Assembly: GCA_964016885.1 (NCBI GenBank)
Contig: OZ024745.1
Coordinates: 22,444,001 to 22,508,000 of the forward strand
Origin: Eledone cirrhosa
Lineage: Eukaryota
Direction: 5' to 3'
DNA: 64,000 nt
In this document: in pieces, positions 42,899 through 57,518 of the stretch
Numbering within the stretch: position 1 is the stretch's first letter
How the letters are laid out: each line of letters begins with the position of its first letter
The notes under the pieces: generated by a model
Database searches by the model: none
What the model saw: only the letters and a program-made list of their open reading frames with translations
Told to the model about the DNA's origin: nothing
Position numbers and translations under genes: made by a program

Positions 42899-44131
42899 GG
42901 CGACATAGCTAACTTATTCATGGTATGGTGGGACAGTAGACTTAAACAAAAACTTAATGAACAATTAGAAGACAGCTTAACCCTGATAATGTACTCCCGC
43001 TACGTAGATGATATAAACATCGTAGTTAAGACACCCCCACTAAAGAACAGTCAGGAACTAGAGAAAAACACAATGGAAAGCATCCAGCAAATAGCAAACT
43101 CCATCCACCAGAGCATTAGAGTTACTATAGACTACCCAAGTAGACACCCCAACCATCGATTACCTGTACTAGACACAGAGCTCTGGTTAGATACCATTAA
43201 CAACCAAAAACAAATCCTCCATTCCCATTATGCCAAACCCATGACTTCCAAACATCTGATCCACCGAAACTCGGCCATTTCGGACCATACCAAAATCAAC
43301 ATACTGATTGCGGATTTGGTACGGGTGATGAGAAATGTGTCCCGCATGTGCAACCCCGAAGAACTAGAGAGACACATACAACACTTTATCTACCGTATGC
43401 AGTTCTCTGGCTACAATCAGAGAGATAGAATCAGAGTGTATAAAGGAGCCAGAACCAAATGGGAAAAAATGGTAAATAATGACATAAATGGGACCTGCCC
43501 CTTGTATAGGAGCAAATTTTGGAATAGAATAGAAAGAACTAGGAACAAGGCCAATAAAATAAACTCATGGTATGATAGCAATAAATACCAGAGTGTAATG
43601 TTCATCAATACAACCCCTAGAGGCGAACTAGCCTACAAATTTAGAAGGGCCCTAAATAAACATAACCTCAATATTAAGATAGTAGAAAGACCTGGTACCT
43701 CCGTAAAAACACTTATTAGCAAGACATACCCGTTCCAAAGACCCTCATGTATAGATAAGAAATGTATAACCTGTAAAATAAGCCCCCATATTAACTGTAA
43801 AACTAGAAATGTAGTGTATAGCATAAGATGTACTGAAGGACAATGTAGAAACAAAAATATAGTGTACATAGGTGAGACAGCTCGTAGTATAGGGGAACGA
43901 ATAAATGAACACTGGCGAGACCTCCAAGATAATAAAGAATCATCTGTGCTCTACCAACATGCTAAGATAGAACACAGGGGTAGATTAGAGAGCATAGAAA
44001 TAAAAATAGAATCCACGCACAGAAAAGATGTAATGTTTAGGCAAATTACAGAGGCAGTAAGCATAAAAGAATTAAAACCAAAATTAAATAGAAAATATGA
44101 GTGGAACAGCAACATCACAACTTACAATTAA
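42899..44131 (+). CDS. Penelope-like reverse transcriptase (partial) + GIY-YIG endonuclease
   Basis: [38 protein letters not shown]...R..EH, ITEAVSI..LKPKLN; no stops. Confidence 0.93.
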   Translation, partial: GDIANLFMVWWDSRLKQKLNEQLEDSLTLIMYSRYVDDINIVVKTPPLKNSQELEKNTMESIQQIANSIHQSIRVTIDYPSRHPNHRLPVLDTELWLDTINNQKQILHSHYAKPMTSKHLIHRNSAISDHTKINILIADLVRVMRNVSRMCNPEELERHIQHFIYRMQFSGYNQRDRIRVYKGARTKWEKMVNNDINGTCPLYRSKFWNRIERTRNKANKINSWYDSNKYQSVMFINTTPRGELAYKFRRALNKHNLNIKIVERPGTSVKTLISKTYPFQRPSCIDKKCITCKISPHINCKTRNVVYSIRCTEGQCRNKNIVYIGETARSIGERINEHWRDLQDNKESSVLYQHAKIEHRGRLESIEIKIESTHRKDVMFRQITEAVSIKELKPKLNRKYEWNSNITTYN

Positions 44132-44409
44132 GGACAAAATGAAAACACACACACACATAGAACAAACAACTTACAATTGAAAACACACACAAAATGAAAA
44201 CACACACAGGACAAAATGTAAACACACGCACACACATAGAACAAACAACCAACCAACAATAAATAAATAAACAAATAGAAAAATGAACACAAACACACAC
44301 AGACACCCGGTGTGGCACATGCGCAAACTGAGCACACAACACACACACAGAAACAAAATGGCGTAGGATAGAAGAAAGAAAAGGCACAGAAACGAAGAAA
44401 GCAATCCCC

Positions 44410-44454
44410 AGTCACTGAAGAGGTCACAGAGTGTGTGACGAAAGGACTATGACT
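44410..44454 (+). ncRNA. Minimal type I hammerhead in Penelope 3' region
   Basis: AGUCA-CUGAAGA-G-GUCACA(GAGUG)UGUGAC-GAAA-GGAC-UA-UGACU. Confidence 0.85.
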
Positions 44455-44618
44455 ATATATATAAACAACTATCTGGTTGTGGAACCAACCAACCAACCAA
44501 CCAGAAATTTATAAGTTTGTAGATTTGCAAATTTATAAATTTATAAATATATAATAAATTGAAGTGAAAGCAACTGGTGCGTGTGTTTCTTATTGGCAAC
44601 ATGACCCTCCCAAAGTAT

Positions 44619-44686
<68 letters not shown>

Positions 44687-44859
44687 TCGAAGTTTGAAAG
44701 CCACGACAATGTGTGTTTGGGCGGAGTATAATCAAAACTTAAGAAACAGGGCTTGTTTTGGGGGGTTTTTTTACCTTAATTTATTCATATGTCCTGATAT
44801 TTCGAGATTAATAGCCCTTCTTCCTAGAAAAATTAAAGGAACTATTCCATTGCCCGATG

Positions 44860-45356
<497 letters not shown>

Positions 45357-45465
45357 CACAGTTTATACGTATATATTTGTAATTGCTAATATATGAGGTT
45401 TTGTAGGTATGAAACAACAAACGTGCGCTAGTGTTTGTATGTATATATATATAAATATATATATA

Positions 45466-45583
<118 letters not shown>

Positions 45584-46899
45584 GGTGTGTGTGTGTCGGT
45601 GCATGTATATATATAAATATGTGTGATGGCCTGCTTGTGTGTAGCTAGGCCTTTGACCTTGTCAATATGTGAGTAGAAGCGTGAGTTTGAATGCGTATTT
45701 TTTTATGTGCATTTACTTGTGTGTAGTGTGTGTAGGTATACCTGTGTATGTATGTTTGTGAGTGTGTTGGTTTGTCAGTGCATGTGTAATAGATAGGGTG
45801 TGAGACAAGTTGTGACAGGTCAGTTGCCACTTCAGTATGCGTGACTTCCAGTCTAATATACTTAGAGGGGTGTGAGGAGAAAGAGGAGAAGGAGGAGGAG
45901 GAGGAGGAGGAGGAGAAGGGGGTAGCAGGACATGGAGGAGGGGGAGTAGCGGACGTGGAGGAGGAGGAGGTGGTGGAGAGGGATGACTCGGTTGAATGTG
46001 ACGGAGGAGGAGTAGCAGTTGGAGGAGGAGAAGGACGTGGTAGTGGAAGACGTAGTGAAGGTGGGGGGTGGAGGAGGGGGCGAAGGATGAGGAGGACGCG
46101 GTAGTGGAAACGTAGTGAAGGTGGTGGTGGCGAATGTGGTGGAGGAGAAGGAGGGGGAGGAGGAAGAGCACGTGACGAGACAGTAGTGGGTGAAGAGGGG
46201 TATGTTTTCACCTCTGTGAGTGATAGCTACAACGCTAGCTTGGGGGTTGATAGATAGCTGGTGTGAATTTACGTGAAACGATGATGACGATGATGATGAT
46301 GATGATGAGGATGATGATGATGGTGTTGACGATGGTGACGATGGTGACGATGACGATTATGACGTTGACGTGGTCGGCGATAGGAATATGATGATGATGA
46401 TGATTATCATCGTAATGATGGTAATGTTGACCGAAATGTTTATAGATGATGATGATGATTGGCAAAAAGTAGTTCCTAATAACGACGATGAGGGTGATAA
46501 TGATGATGATGATGATCATCATCATCACCATCATCATCATCATTATTATCACCACTATTATCATCTTTATCGTCAACCACAAAAACATTCATTAACATCG
46601 AATGTAAAACGGGGTATGGATGGAGTACATACTTTGGAGGATTTTGGTGACAACAATGCTGAAAATTGACAACAATGACTGCAAGATTCTTATTTAGCGT
46701 GAGAACCTTTCAGAAAAAAGCTCAACAAAGAACTAGTGGAGGGGCTCACCTGGGACCACTAAATACCCAGATTACCCGTTTTCGTTTTCTTTTGTATATA
46801 GTTGGTTTTTTTTTACTTTTTAATAAAAGTACAAGGACACTCGCTAAATAAAATCAGGTCACTCGAATTGCATTTCTTTGACTAAGTTACAAATCAAAC

Positions 46900-47400
46900 G
46901 GATGAGTATCTGGCATCTAGAATGTTGCCAGACACTCACAGATTCTAGTGGATGCGTCATGTAGCCGATGGAAGGTCAAACATTTAAAACCCATAGACAA
47001 GGCCCGTGAGACAAATTTCTGAGAGATGCTCTGAGCTTTGATTAGAACAATCTAAGCTCAAGATTTGGTTCAATTCGAACCTCCGGGAAGTTATCACTGA
47101 AAGGCCAGGCAGAGGTGGTGAATGCATGCAAAAGTTCTTAGTTTAACCTCTTTCCAGCAACTTCTTTAGTAAATGTGTTGAGCCGATAACTTTTCAGCAA
47201 CTCCGTACATTGCCTTCGTCATAATCTACCGCCTGATCATCGTACCTGATCCTAGTTTTCATCTGAGCAAATTGGAGCGTCAGATCTTCCGCTATTTGTG
47301 GAAGGGTCTCGTTTACGGGTCAGTCAGTCGGGTTGTTTCCAACACTCACTGCAGAGAAGGCTTGGAATGCCATTAGAATTGAAGGACAGGCACGTGTCAG
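46900..47400 (+). pseudogene. Degraded L1/Tx1-like LINE ORF2 fragment
   Basis: SLKGQAEVVNA ... YIAFVIIYRLIIVP...LERQIFRYLWKG ... LGMP. Confidence 0.6.
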
Positions 47401-47611
47401 TGTTAGAAATATTTCTTTTCCCGACAAACAATGAATATATTGAAGAATAATTTTTATCGGTATATGAGACATTTCTTAAAAATATAGCCAAGAGAATATT
47501 TCGAGCCAGTCCATATGTAATTGACTGAATACATATGTGATTTTTTAAAAAAAATTCCGTTCCTTCCTCTTCTCACTCTATCTTTCTATTTCAACTCTTA
47601 TTTCTCATTCT

Positions 47612-47649
47612 GTCTTCTGATGAAGGACTAGTGTCCGAAATTTAAAGAC
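47612..47649 (+). ncRNA. Minimal type I hammerhead
   Basis: GUCUU-CUGAUGA-A-GGAC(UAGU)GUCC-GAAA-UU-UA-AAGAC. Confidence 0.75.
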
Positions 47650-47735
47650 GTTTTTCCTACTATTTCAAGCGTTAAACTAATATATTTCTTCATTATACTG
47701 TGTTGTCGGCTTTGTCATCTCCCTTTCTGTTTTGC

Positions 47736-47818
<83 letters not shown>

Positions 47819-47839
47819 CACATATATATATATATATAT

Positions 47840-48535
47840 GATGAAAACAGCGAGAAAAAGACGATTATTATGAAGAAAAAAATGTTTTTTCCCTTTTTAT
47901 TTATCTCTCTCTTTTTTCTGGGTTAGAAAATGATTAAAACGAAATATTTTACTTTGTGTGAAGTGTTAAGGTATTAGTTGCTTTATTTATTAATTAACAA
48001 TGGCATTTATTTATTTATTTATATATTTAATAATTGTCTATTACCGGTTTCAGCATTTTTATGCATTATCAAATGATAATAATATGTATTGGTGTAAAAT
48101 GGTGGTGTTGAACATGTTAAAGAAATGGTGCAGAAGGAATAATGTTATTTACAAACAAGGTTTTCTTTTCGCTTCATAAACCTTGTTTGTAAATAACATT
48201 ATTCTTTCTGTACCATTTCTTTAACATGTTCAACACCACCATTTTACACCAATACATATTATTATCATTTGATAATGAATAAAAATACTGAAACCGGTAA
48301 TAGACAATTATTAAATATATAAATAAATAAATACCATTGTTAATTAATAAATAAAGCAACTAATGCCTTAACACTTCACACAACGTAAAATATTTCGTTT
48401 TAATCATTTTCTAACCCAGAAAAATGAGCGAGAAAAATAAAAAGAGGAAAAACTAAATTTTTCTTCCTAATAATCGTCTTTTTCTCCGTTTTCATATATA
48501 TATATCCTAACTCGTGTGCATCCTCTCCTCATTTT
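47840..48535. repeat. Large fold-back insert (~320-bp arms) with U3-A8 hammerhead-like motifs (48037-48076 -, 48265-48304 +)
   Basis: Centre 48163-48177; UUGAUAA-U-GCAU(AAAA)AUGC-U-GAAA-CCGG-UA. Confidence 0.85.
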
Positions 48536-48680
48536 ATTATTATTATATACATATATACACACACACACATACACACATATATATATAAATGAAAATAGAG
48601 AAATTAATGTGAGCAAGAAGTCAACAGTAATTCATAATATATAAGTGACTATTACGTGAAGATGGAAAATATTTAACGTA

Positions 48681-48730
<50 letters not shown>

Positions 48731-49989
48731 GTCTGTGTGGATGAACGTTTGATTACCATATGCTACCCTCTTTATTTTTAGGAGTTCTGTCACACAGTAT
48801 GAAACTACAAAACGCATCGCTTTTATTAGTTCCAATCAACATAGTTGTTGCTGAATGAAAGAAGCTGTCATACGAAATATCTTCTTGCTACACAACTAAA
48901 TATTAGTTAGGAGAGCTGACTGCTTGATTTGGACACCATCTTTCCAATCACGTTGCTACACCGTTGCCTTTTCAAGAGCGAAATAAGATTTGAACTCAAT
49001 ACTGTGAGTCAATAAAACCGACTTCAATAATGTAGTTTTTTGTGCTCTTTACAGTAATGAGCCAGCAGCAGTTAGATGCATAGACACAGGTCTTTCACAC
49101 TGGTAATCCAACACCTTATTGATTCAAGTAAATACTATTCTAAAATTACCAGTAATATATCGGTGTACACTTACGAGACTCACAGACGTTTTCGTGTCTG
49201 TACGAAATAAATCGGTTTCTTTTTACATTATATGAACTTGATATTGTAAGTAAAGCAGTACGTAGAACAGTGCTTTTAAGCGGAAGCTATGTGAATGGGA
49301 AGCTATGTGGGAGGGGGTTACTGTGTGTGTATTGGTAGTGTTAGGTAGAACCAGTGTGTTGAGCAGTGGAGGTTAGTGAAAACAATACGAGGGTCAATGA
49401 TGATAAGTGCAAACATTGCATGGGTCAATGGCGGTAACTAGAAATAGTGTGGATAAGAGGGAATGGTAGAAATTGTGTGGAACTGTGTGGTGTAAGTAAA
49501 AAGAGCATCGGTCAATGATAGTAGCTTAATCTAATCTTCAAATATATAAATCTTCAAACCTTCAGAATATTGTCTACTTCCGGTGGGTAGATGTTTCAAA
49601 AATATAAAGCCGGAGACAAGGGAGATTACTCGGTGTGGTCAGCGAAGGGAACAATATCCATTTTTAAAAGCCTCTGCAATATACCAATCAGAACTAAATT
49701 TCTATTGGGTTGTAATTACTGTGAACATTCTATGGAGATTAGTGACATTCTCGGCCATCACCCCGGTCAGTACTGTGCTCAAATCTATTCATAAGACACC
49801 TATTGACGTCTATCATATTGCACACTTTCCTTAAAATAAAACATGTTAAAAGGTATTTAAATATTGCATAACAATTTTAGAAATTTATTTAGAATATTTA
49901 AAAACAGAAATTAATAAAGAACATAATAAAAAACATTTACAATGATTTTAGCTTTTTTTCTTTGGAGAATATATAAAGAGTTTGTGGGT

Positions 49990-50480
49990 GTTTTATTCTC
50001 TGGAACAACCTACATACAATTGACCATGTGAGAAACAGCCGTCTTCTAAATGGATACGAACAACCTGCAGTGTTTCGCCTTGAGACTTGTTTATGGCCAT
50101 TGCATAACTAACTCTCACTGTGAATTACAATCGTTTGAAACGAAAGGGGATATCTGTTAGTATTAGTGGTATTCTAGGTATAAATATGATGTCTCCTTTA
50201 CCGTATCCAGTGAAGAATTTGGATTTGATAAAATGAGGTTGTAGTTCAGTCACAACTATACGCGTCCGATTGCACAATCATGGCTGATCCAGTTTTCTAA
50301 GAAGCATGATGACTGTACCCTTCTTCAATTCAAGGTGGTATGGCAGCATACCGGGTGGTTTCAGGATATTGAGAAATTCAACAGAATAAGGAATAGTTTC
50401 GTCCTCGTCGACAACTTGGTCAATAGATTTGTACATCTGGTTACCTCCATCTACTTTTAGAAATTTTTGTTGATGGCATT
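49990..50480 (-). pseudogene. Helitron RepHel PIF1-type helicase C-terminal remnant
   Basis: EFLN...PPGM.P.HLELKKG...MLLR.L...LCNRTR...IPRIPL...YAMAINKSQGETL...CFSHGQLYVGCSR, with stops. Confidence 0.9.
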
Positions 50481-51521
50481 CACTGTGATGTTTTGTGGGG
50501 CAAGGATTGCTTTTCACACATCCCCTCCTCATTTGAATGGTGGATTTTGAAATTGTTGATTAATTAAATTTACAACGCTTTCCACAACAGTACAAAATGA
50601 TGAATGATCAAAACATCCTTCATTATCAAGTGATTGCTTTCTGTAAATTTAAGCACCTGAGAGGTGCTTCCGTGCCTCTGTTATTCCCACTAAAGAAATC
50701 CCCGAGGTTTCGAACATCCGAGGGTTCCCCCCACTAATTCTGTTTTCAGAAATGAAGGCAATCGTGGGCATGTCGGAGGCCAGATTAGTTAAAAACAAAC
50801 TAAAAGGTCTGGGATAAAATCTTCTTCGTAATCTCCAGCGGATGATTTTCTATAAATTTAAACGGCCGAGACAACGTACAAGCAACAAACTTCCTTTTCA
50901 TAAGTACTATAAATACAAAACCTTGTATAAAAAAAATATATGTGATATTCATAACTAGCTAGTATGGGGTGAAGTAGTTTTTAAAGTAAGGGGTATATAC
51001 CAGTTGAATAGCTGACAGAAATAAAAAAATATATATTTGGGTTTCGATCGCTCCAAGATCAGCTGTATAATATCAGAAATGGAGTGAGCATCGATTAGAC
51101 GCATCAAAATTGGTCAAATATTTAACATAAAGTTATGTCTATTTTCTTGTCTAGTTGAAGGCTTTCTCAACGAAGACTATGAAAGTAAGAGTTCGCTGAA
51201 ATTCATGTATTAAAATATATAATTACTTCTATGTTTTCCCATCGATGGTTCATTCTTTTGTAATACAAAATTATTCTCTATTAACTATACATATTAAATA
51301 GATATTTTAATGAGACTAGAATGTGTGCCTGAAAATACTATTTTCAACTTGGTACAAATATAAATGAAGATATCAGTGTTTAAAAAAAATTATTACGAAA
51401 CTCGTTAAAATGATATATGACTGTCTTTTCAATTCGACACGTCGTAAATAAAACTTGACACCAACCTACTAAACTACATATGATATATATATATGTGTGA
51501 GTGTGAGTGTATATATATATT

Positions 51522-51601
<80 letters not shown>

Positions 51602-51713
51602 GGGGGGAGTGTATATATATATACATTTGAGTGTGTGTAAGTGAGCGTACATATGACTAAACAGACAAACACGCATACGCACGTGTATGCTTATATATGG
51701 ATAAAAAGACATG

Positions 51714-51789
<76 letters not shown>

Positions 51790-51793
<4 letters not shown>

Positions 51794-51890
51794 GATACAC
51801 ATTCACAATCTGAACGGAACGCGATCAAGTCAGTCACCTACATATCCAATCTCCGTCGTTTCTTACTGCTCTTCCCACAGGCAATAGCTC
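51790..51890. repeat. ~100-bp unique block in (CA)n, duplicated at 58686-58783
   Basis: GCAGATACACATTCACAATCTGAACGG...CCCACAGGCAATAGC nearly identical. Confidence 0.9.
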
Positions 51891-51934
51891 ACACACATAC
51901 ACACACACATACACACACAAACATACACACTAAT

Positions 51935-51983
<49 letters not shown>

Positions 51984-52041
51984 TATATATATATAGAGAG
52001 AGAGAGAGGGAGAGGGAGAGGGAGTTGTGAGTGTGTGTGTG

Positions 52042-52094
<53 letters not shown>

Positions 52095-52095
52095 A

Positions 52096-52180
<85 letters not shown>

Positions 52181-52230
52181 ATATAGATATATACATATAT
52201 ATATATATATATATAGATATATAGATATAT

Positions 52231-52269
<39 letters not shown>

Positions 52270-52313
52270 TATACATATAGGTATATATATATATAGATTT
52301 ATATACAAATACG

Positions 52314-52377
<64 letters not shown>

Positions 52378-52384
52378 CATATAC

Positions 52385-52426
<42 letters not shown>

Positions 52427-52812
52427 ATATACATACATACATACATACATACATACATACATACATACATACATACATACACCTATATGTATATATGTAT
52501 ATGTATATATTCCTCCCTTCCTTGAATTTCTCCATTCGTGAGACGATCTATGAACAGAATTTTTATATTTCCGAAGTAAGAAGTATATTGAGAATATGCG
52601 AATATCGGGTTGAAATGGCAGCAAGCTGAGCCGGATCACATCCAGTGAGCTTCTAATATTACACACTTGCACACAGATACACACACACTAATATACATAT
52701 GTACATATACGCACAAAACACACAAAAAACACACAAATACCAGCACACATAAACACATACGGTCATACATATATCCAAATACGTAGTAAGACACACACAA
52801 ACACACACACAA

Positions 52813-52910
<98 letters not shown>

Positions 52911-52977
52911 CATAACACTGTAACGTGCTATTTTGATCACAATACGAAGCTAAAGTACCGTGGGAACATTATATATA

Positions 52978-53459
52978 CTAACAGAAAAACTACCCCTTGG
53001 GTGGTTTTCTGCTGGAATGTGTAGTGTGTATATTGATATTATACGCAAGTATATATGCATGTAGATATGATACATCAAATAAAATCGTAATTGACAATAT
53101 ACACAGAAATTGAACGAAGACTGCGTTACACTGTCTTATGTAATCAGTAACGTAATCCATGATACATTAAAAAAGACGATATTATATATAAACTGCATTA
53201 GGAGAAAATTAGTGACGGAATATAGGAATGTTTATTTAAGGGATCGGTAACCGGAAGTGTTGACATTTGATAGTTTTAAAGAAGTGAATCTTTAAATAAG
53301 CTATAAAATATATTTAATCAACAGCCACGAAATTTAGTAGATAAATTATGTAATATTCATTCATTATTTATTCAAAGTAATCCAACTTATTTTACAAACG
53401 GGATAAAAAAAACATATTCTGGACGCAGTCCCGCACTCCTTTCTTTATTATAGTTAAGA
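52978..53459 (-). mobile_element. Non-autonomous Helitron (SINE-free copy of 3883-4560)
   Basis: Colinear reverse complement; TC start, hairpin, TTAG end. Confidence 0.8.
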
Positions 53460-53477
53460 TGTATATATATATAAAGA

Positions 53478-53560
<83 letters not shown>

Positions 53561-53569
<9 letters not shown>

Positions 53570-54100
53570 TAAACAAATAATGAATAAAACAATGAAACAG
53601 TTCCTTATATTAAACAAAAAAATTCATTATTTAACGATCGTTTCTAGGATATATATGTGTTAGAATTGGCATGCATATTCAACAGATCTATGTACAAAAT
53701 TATACAAAATTATACAAACTATCAAGATTAAATATACATACCAAACACACATATTTCATTATTTCTGAAGACGGCGTATATGTGTGTTTGGTATGTATAT
53801 TTAATCTTGATAGTTTGTATAATTTTGTATAATTTTGTACATAGATCTGTTGAATATGCATGCCAATTCTAACACATATATATCCTAGAAACGATCGTTA
53901 AATAATGAACTTTTTTTGTTTAATATAAGGAACTGTTTCATTGTTTTATTCATTATTTGTTTAATATTTTATCTTGACTCTGTATACCGTTTATCTTTCA
54001 CCGAAAGTGATTTTTCATTACATCTCTTCTTTCCATGATATCCGGAATACATTGAGTTCTTCATACGGATTGGACACTACCGTAAACTATTGGTAGATTT
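53561..54100 (+). repeat. Near-perfect fold-back insert (~190-bp arms)
   Basis: 53561-53754 mirrored at 53778-53972. Confidence 0.92.
53755..53909 (+). ncRNA. Type I hammerhead with ~115-nt stem II domain
   Basis: UUCAUUAUUU-CUGAAGA-[GUAUAUGUGU...ACACAUAUAU]-GAAA-CGAUCG-UU-AAAUAAUGAA; perfect 10-bp stem I. Confidence 0.75.
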
Positions 54101-54103
54101 ATC

Positions 54104-54144
<41 letters not shown>

Positions 54145-54219
54145 CCCCCACCCCCAAGCGTAAACATAATACTAACATTTTGTACTGAACTCTTCGCTTT
54201 GTTCTTGTTTTCTGTTTTA

Positions 54220-54276
<57 letters not shown>

Positions 54277-54359
54277 CATATATATAACCCGAGGTGAAAA
54301 TCCGCCTGAGGTGAAACAAATTGTTCGGATGGTGAATTAGCTATTGTAGAACTATTTCT

Positions 54360-54525
<166 letters not shown>

Positions 54526-54947
54526 ATGTGTATATGTGCGTATATGTGTATATATATGTGTATATATATGTGTGTGTGTATGTATATATATATGTGTGTG
54601 TGTGTGTATATATAAAAGGACAAAATTAAAACTAGTTTAAAACAAATAAAGACCAGAATAGTAGATGTAGGTGTATCCTTGCTTTTCTTTATGTTGCTAT
54701 TTCAACAAGTCGAACTACATATAACATCAAAGCTTCATCTGTTGCTCATTGTTGCTATTGATATTAGTATTAAACCAAAGATTTGGCGTGATCGAGATCT
54801 GTGATCGAAAGCCCTTCAGTTGTGGCCATCCTGTACAGATTTACTCCGGATACAAAGCTTTCCTATTAAAAACAAGGGATAGGTCGATGTCTTAGACTTC
54901 CATTCACAACACCTCCGGTTGTAAGACCGTATTTTTCATTGTTGTTG

Positions 54948-55008
<61 letters not shown>

Positions 55009-55215
55009 GGGCAGAAGGAGAAATGTCAAAACGCCGATCTCAATACTTGCAGGTCATCTGTTACGAGCTTGACTTTTCTTTTCATTCATCAAGTCCTCCC
55101 TTCACATACTCAACTTCAACTTATCTTTTAACCATTGAACCACCATGAGAAATTGTTATCCCGATTGTTGGTTATCGTTTTGTTGCAACGTCTTTTCCGA
55201 GCTGAATGATTTAGT

Positions 55216-55246
<31 letters not shown>

Positions 55247-55939
55247 GCGAGAAAGATTAGGAAGTGGGGATATTTTAATTTATGAGATTTGGCATCACAC
55301 TGAAGCTTCTACTAAACGATAGCTATTGTTTCAACATATCACCGTCTTAGTTATATAGTCAGATATGTTTTTATCTTTACCACTGTCAACTCCGATTATT
55401 AAAAAAATAAAATGGCGTGGTCTATGGAATTGAAAAGAGTGGCGGAAGCTGATAAAAAGAAAATGTTGTAGAAGACCATTGTCAAGGCAGTTCTTTTGTT
55501 TGAAATACTGTTACCGATATTAGCTGTAAAAAGGAAAAAGCGCAGCGACTGTGCCAACGCTGTTACTACCAATCGTAAAATGCCTCGAATAATGTCAAAG
55601 ATACTACTGCGGGGATTATAATGGATGTGTTAATGGGTACAGCAGCTGTATTTACTGTTACACCTAGTATCCATTAACAACAAACATAGTCTCAATAAGA
55701 GTATCACCAACTGTAGTCGAGGCAATAACTGTAAACACATCAACAGTAACAACCACAACAACAGCAATAGGTGTTACCGTCCTATGGTCTCGTGGATCAG
55801 TAGAATTGGATCGTGGAACATCTGAACCCAGACTTGATGATGGAGAATGTACTAGAATCCAGAAAATATATGTTAAATGATAGATTTGTTAAGTTATTAG
55901 AAAATAGGATTGAAGAAAATCTGAAAATACCAATATTAT

Positions 55940-56130
55940 GCGGTGGATTGGCAGTATCGGTAGAGGGTCGGGCGTTATGCTTTGTAGCACAGAGTTACGC
56001 CCCGTTATGATCTGAGTTCAAATCCCGCCGAGGTTAAATTTGCCTTTCATCCTTACGGGGTCGATAAAATAAAGTACCAGTAATGCACTGCGATAATTGC
56101 TGGCCTTGTGCCAAATGTAGAAACAATTAT
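55940..56130 (+). mobile_element. tRNA-derived SINE
   Basis: Full-length match to the family. Confidence 0.9.
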
Positions 56131-56914
56131 ATAATTTCTGGTAATGGAATCATCAGCTGATTTCCTCTAAGAAGGACTATTTGTGTCAGACATTCAAAGA
56201 CAGTCGATCTTTCATTTGGTACATGTATATAAAGATGTAAGAAATATACTCAGATACTCTTAGAAAGAGAACTGTATATGTGATAGCAAAAGTAGCAATT
56301 ATTTCCACCCTCGTCCTACGGTCCAAGATGACTACCTGGTCTTTCGGTGAATTTGGCAACCTTCAAACTTTTTTACGGTTTAAAGATTATTTCCTACTCT
56401 TCTCTCACCAGTCTCAGATACTCTGGCAATACAAACGACCATGTAAGCTATCATTCTCTCTTTGACTAAATGGTTAGAAAAAAGAATTCCACATAATAAG
56501 CGTGTTTTGTGTTCCAGGCATTGGTGACACATTGGTGACACATAGCAATTACTGAAAAGGAGATAACATAGATGGCAGTTATAACTACAAAAAAAAAAAA
56601 AAATTACCATCATGCAACTCTTAAAAAAGTCATGATAACAAAATCAATCTCAGCCACAAACGACCCATGAAAACAGCAACAACAATAAACTTAATCACTA
56701 CAGCCATGACAATTAAAAACAATAGATGAAACAAAGCCGACAATGTCAAAGTAACCTCACACCACACGCCAGTCCACATGCAAGGTGTCAGTGTCATGAT
56801 GCACAACATGTAGGCGGATGTGGACATGAATCTTCAATCAATACTTCCGTTGCAGCAAAACTCAACCAGAGACTCTATTTCTAATATAAACAGGGGATTG
56901 ACACGGGTATATAT

Positions 56915-57518
56915 TGTTGAAGCTGATATAATAAGCAATGTGAGTCGATATTCAATCACTTGTAGGCGACTCGCCATATCTTTCAGTAGGGAGTGAATGT
57001 TTATGTAAAAAGAAAAGGGTATTTAAAACCAGACTGTCGAGTTATGGAGAACAGCAAAACTTCTGGATGATAGCCACAACACGACAGAAGAAAGTTAATA
57101 GAGATAGATGAGTTGTTTCTTCTTCTTCAGCCCCCGGAAAGTCTGTTATTGGAAATAGGCATACCCTGAGCTGCACCGTCGTAGCCGATCTTGAGCCATT
57201 CATGGCCAATCTTTTTCAATTTTCTTGAGGTCGTCTCGACCTCTGGTTTTCTGGTGGCCCTGGTTTCCTGTGTGACCACTTGGCGGCTAGCAGAGTTAAT
57301 AGATGTCTTAATGGAACAAAAATAAATCAGTTCTATGAAGTGGGGTTGCAATGAACTGCAATGTCTCCTCTACAAATCCAGAGATTACAGAGAGCCTGTG
57401 AGAAGAACTCCAGCTGCGTATGATCGTATAAACATTCACTCCCTGCTGAAATATATAGAGAGTCGGGTACAAGTGATTGAATATCGACTTGCATCGCTTA
57501 CTATATCAGTTTCAACTT
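56915..57518. mobile_element. MITE-like element with ~90-bp diverged TIRs; contains an RTE 3' fragment (57115-57275, minus)
   Basis: AGTCGATATTCAATCACTTGTA..GGGAGTGAATGTTTAT mirrored at 57427-57515; DDLKK...MAQDR and (GAA)n tail inside. Confidence 0.6.

Larger units (their letters stand above)
42803..44625 (+). mobile_element. 5'-truncated Penelope-like retroelement with 5' inverted duplication
   Basis: RT-GIY-YIG ORF, 3' hammerhead, (TA)n flanks; 42803-42897 is the reverse complement of ~42947-43038. Confidence 0.93.

Noticed and set aside
44788-44828. Minus-strand GAAGA-AGGGC..UCUC-GAAAUAUC
   Set aside because: Core CUG and stem I missing; possible truncated hammerhead only
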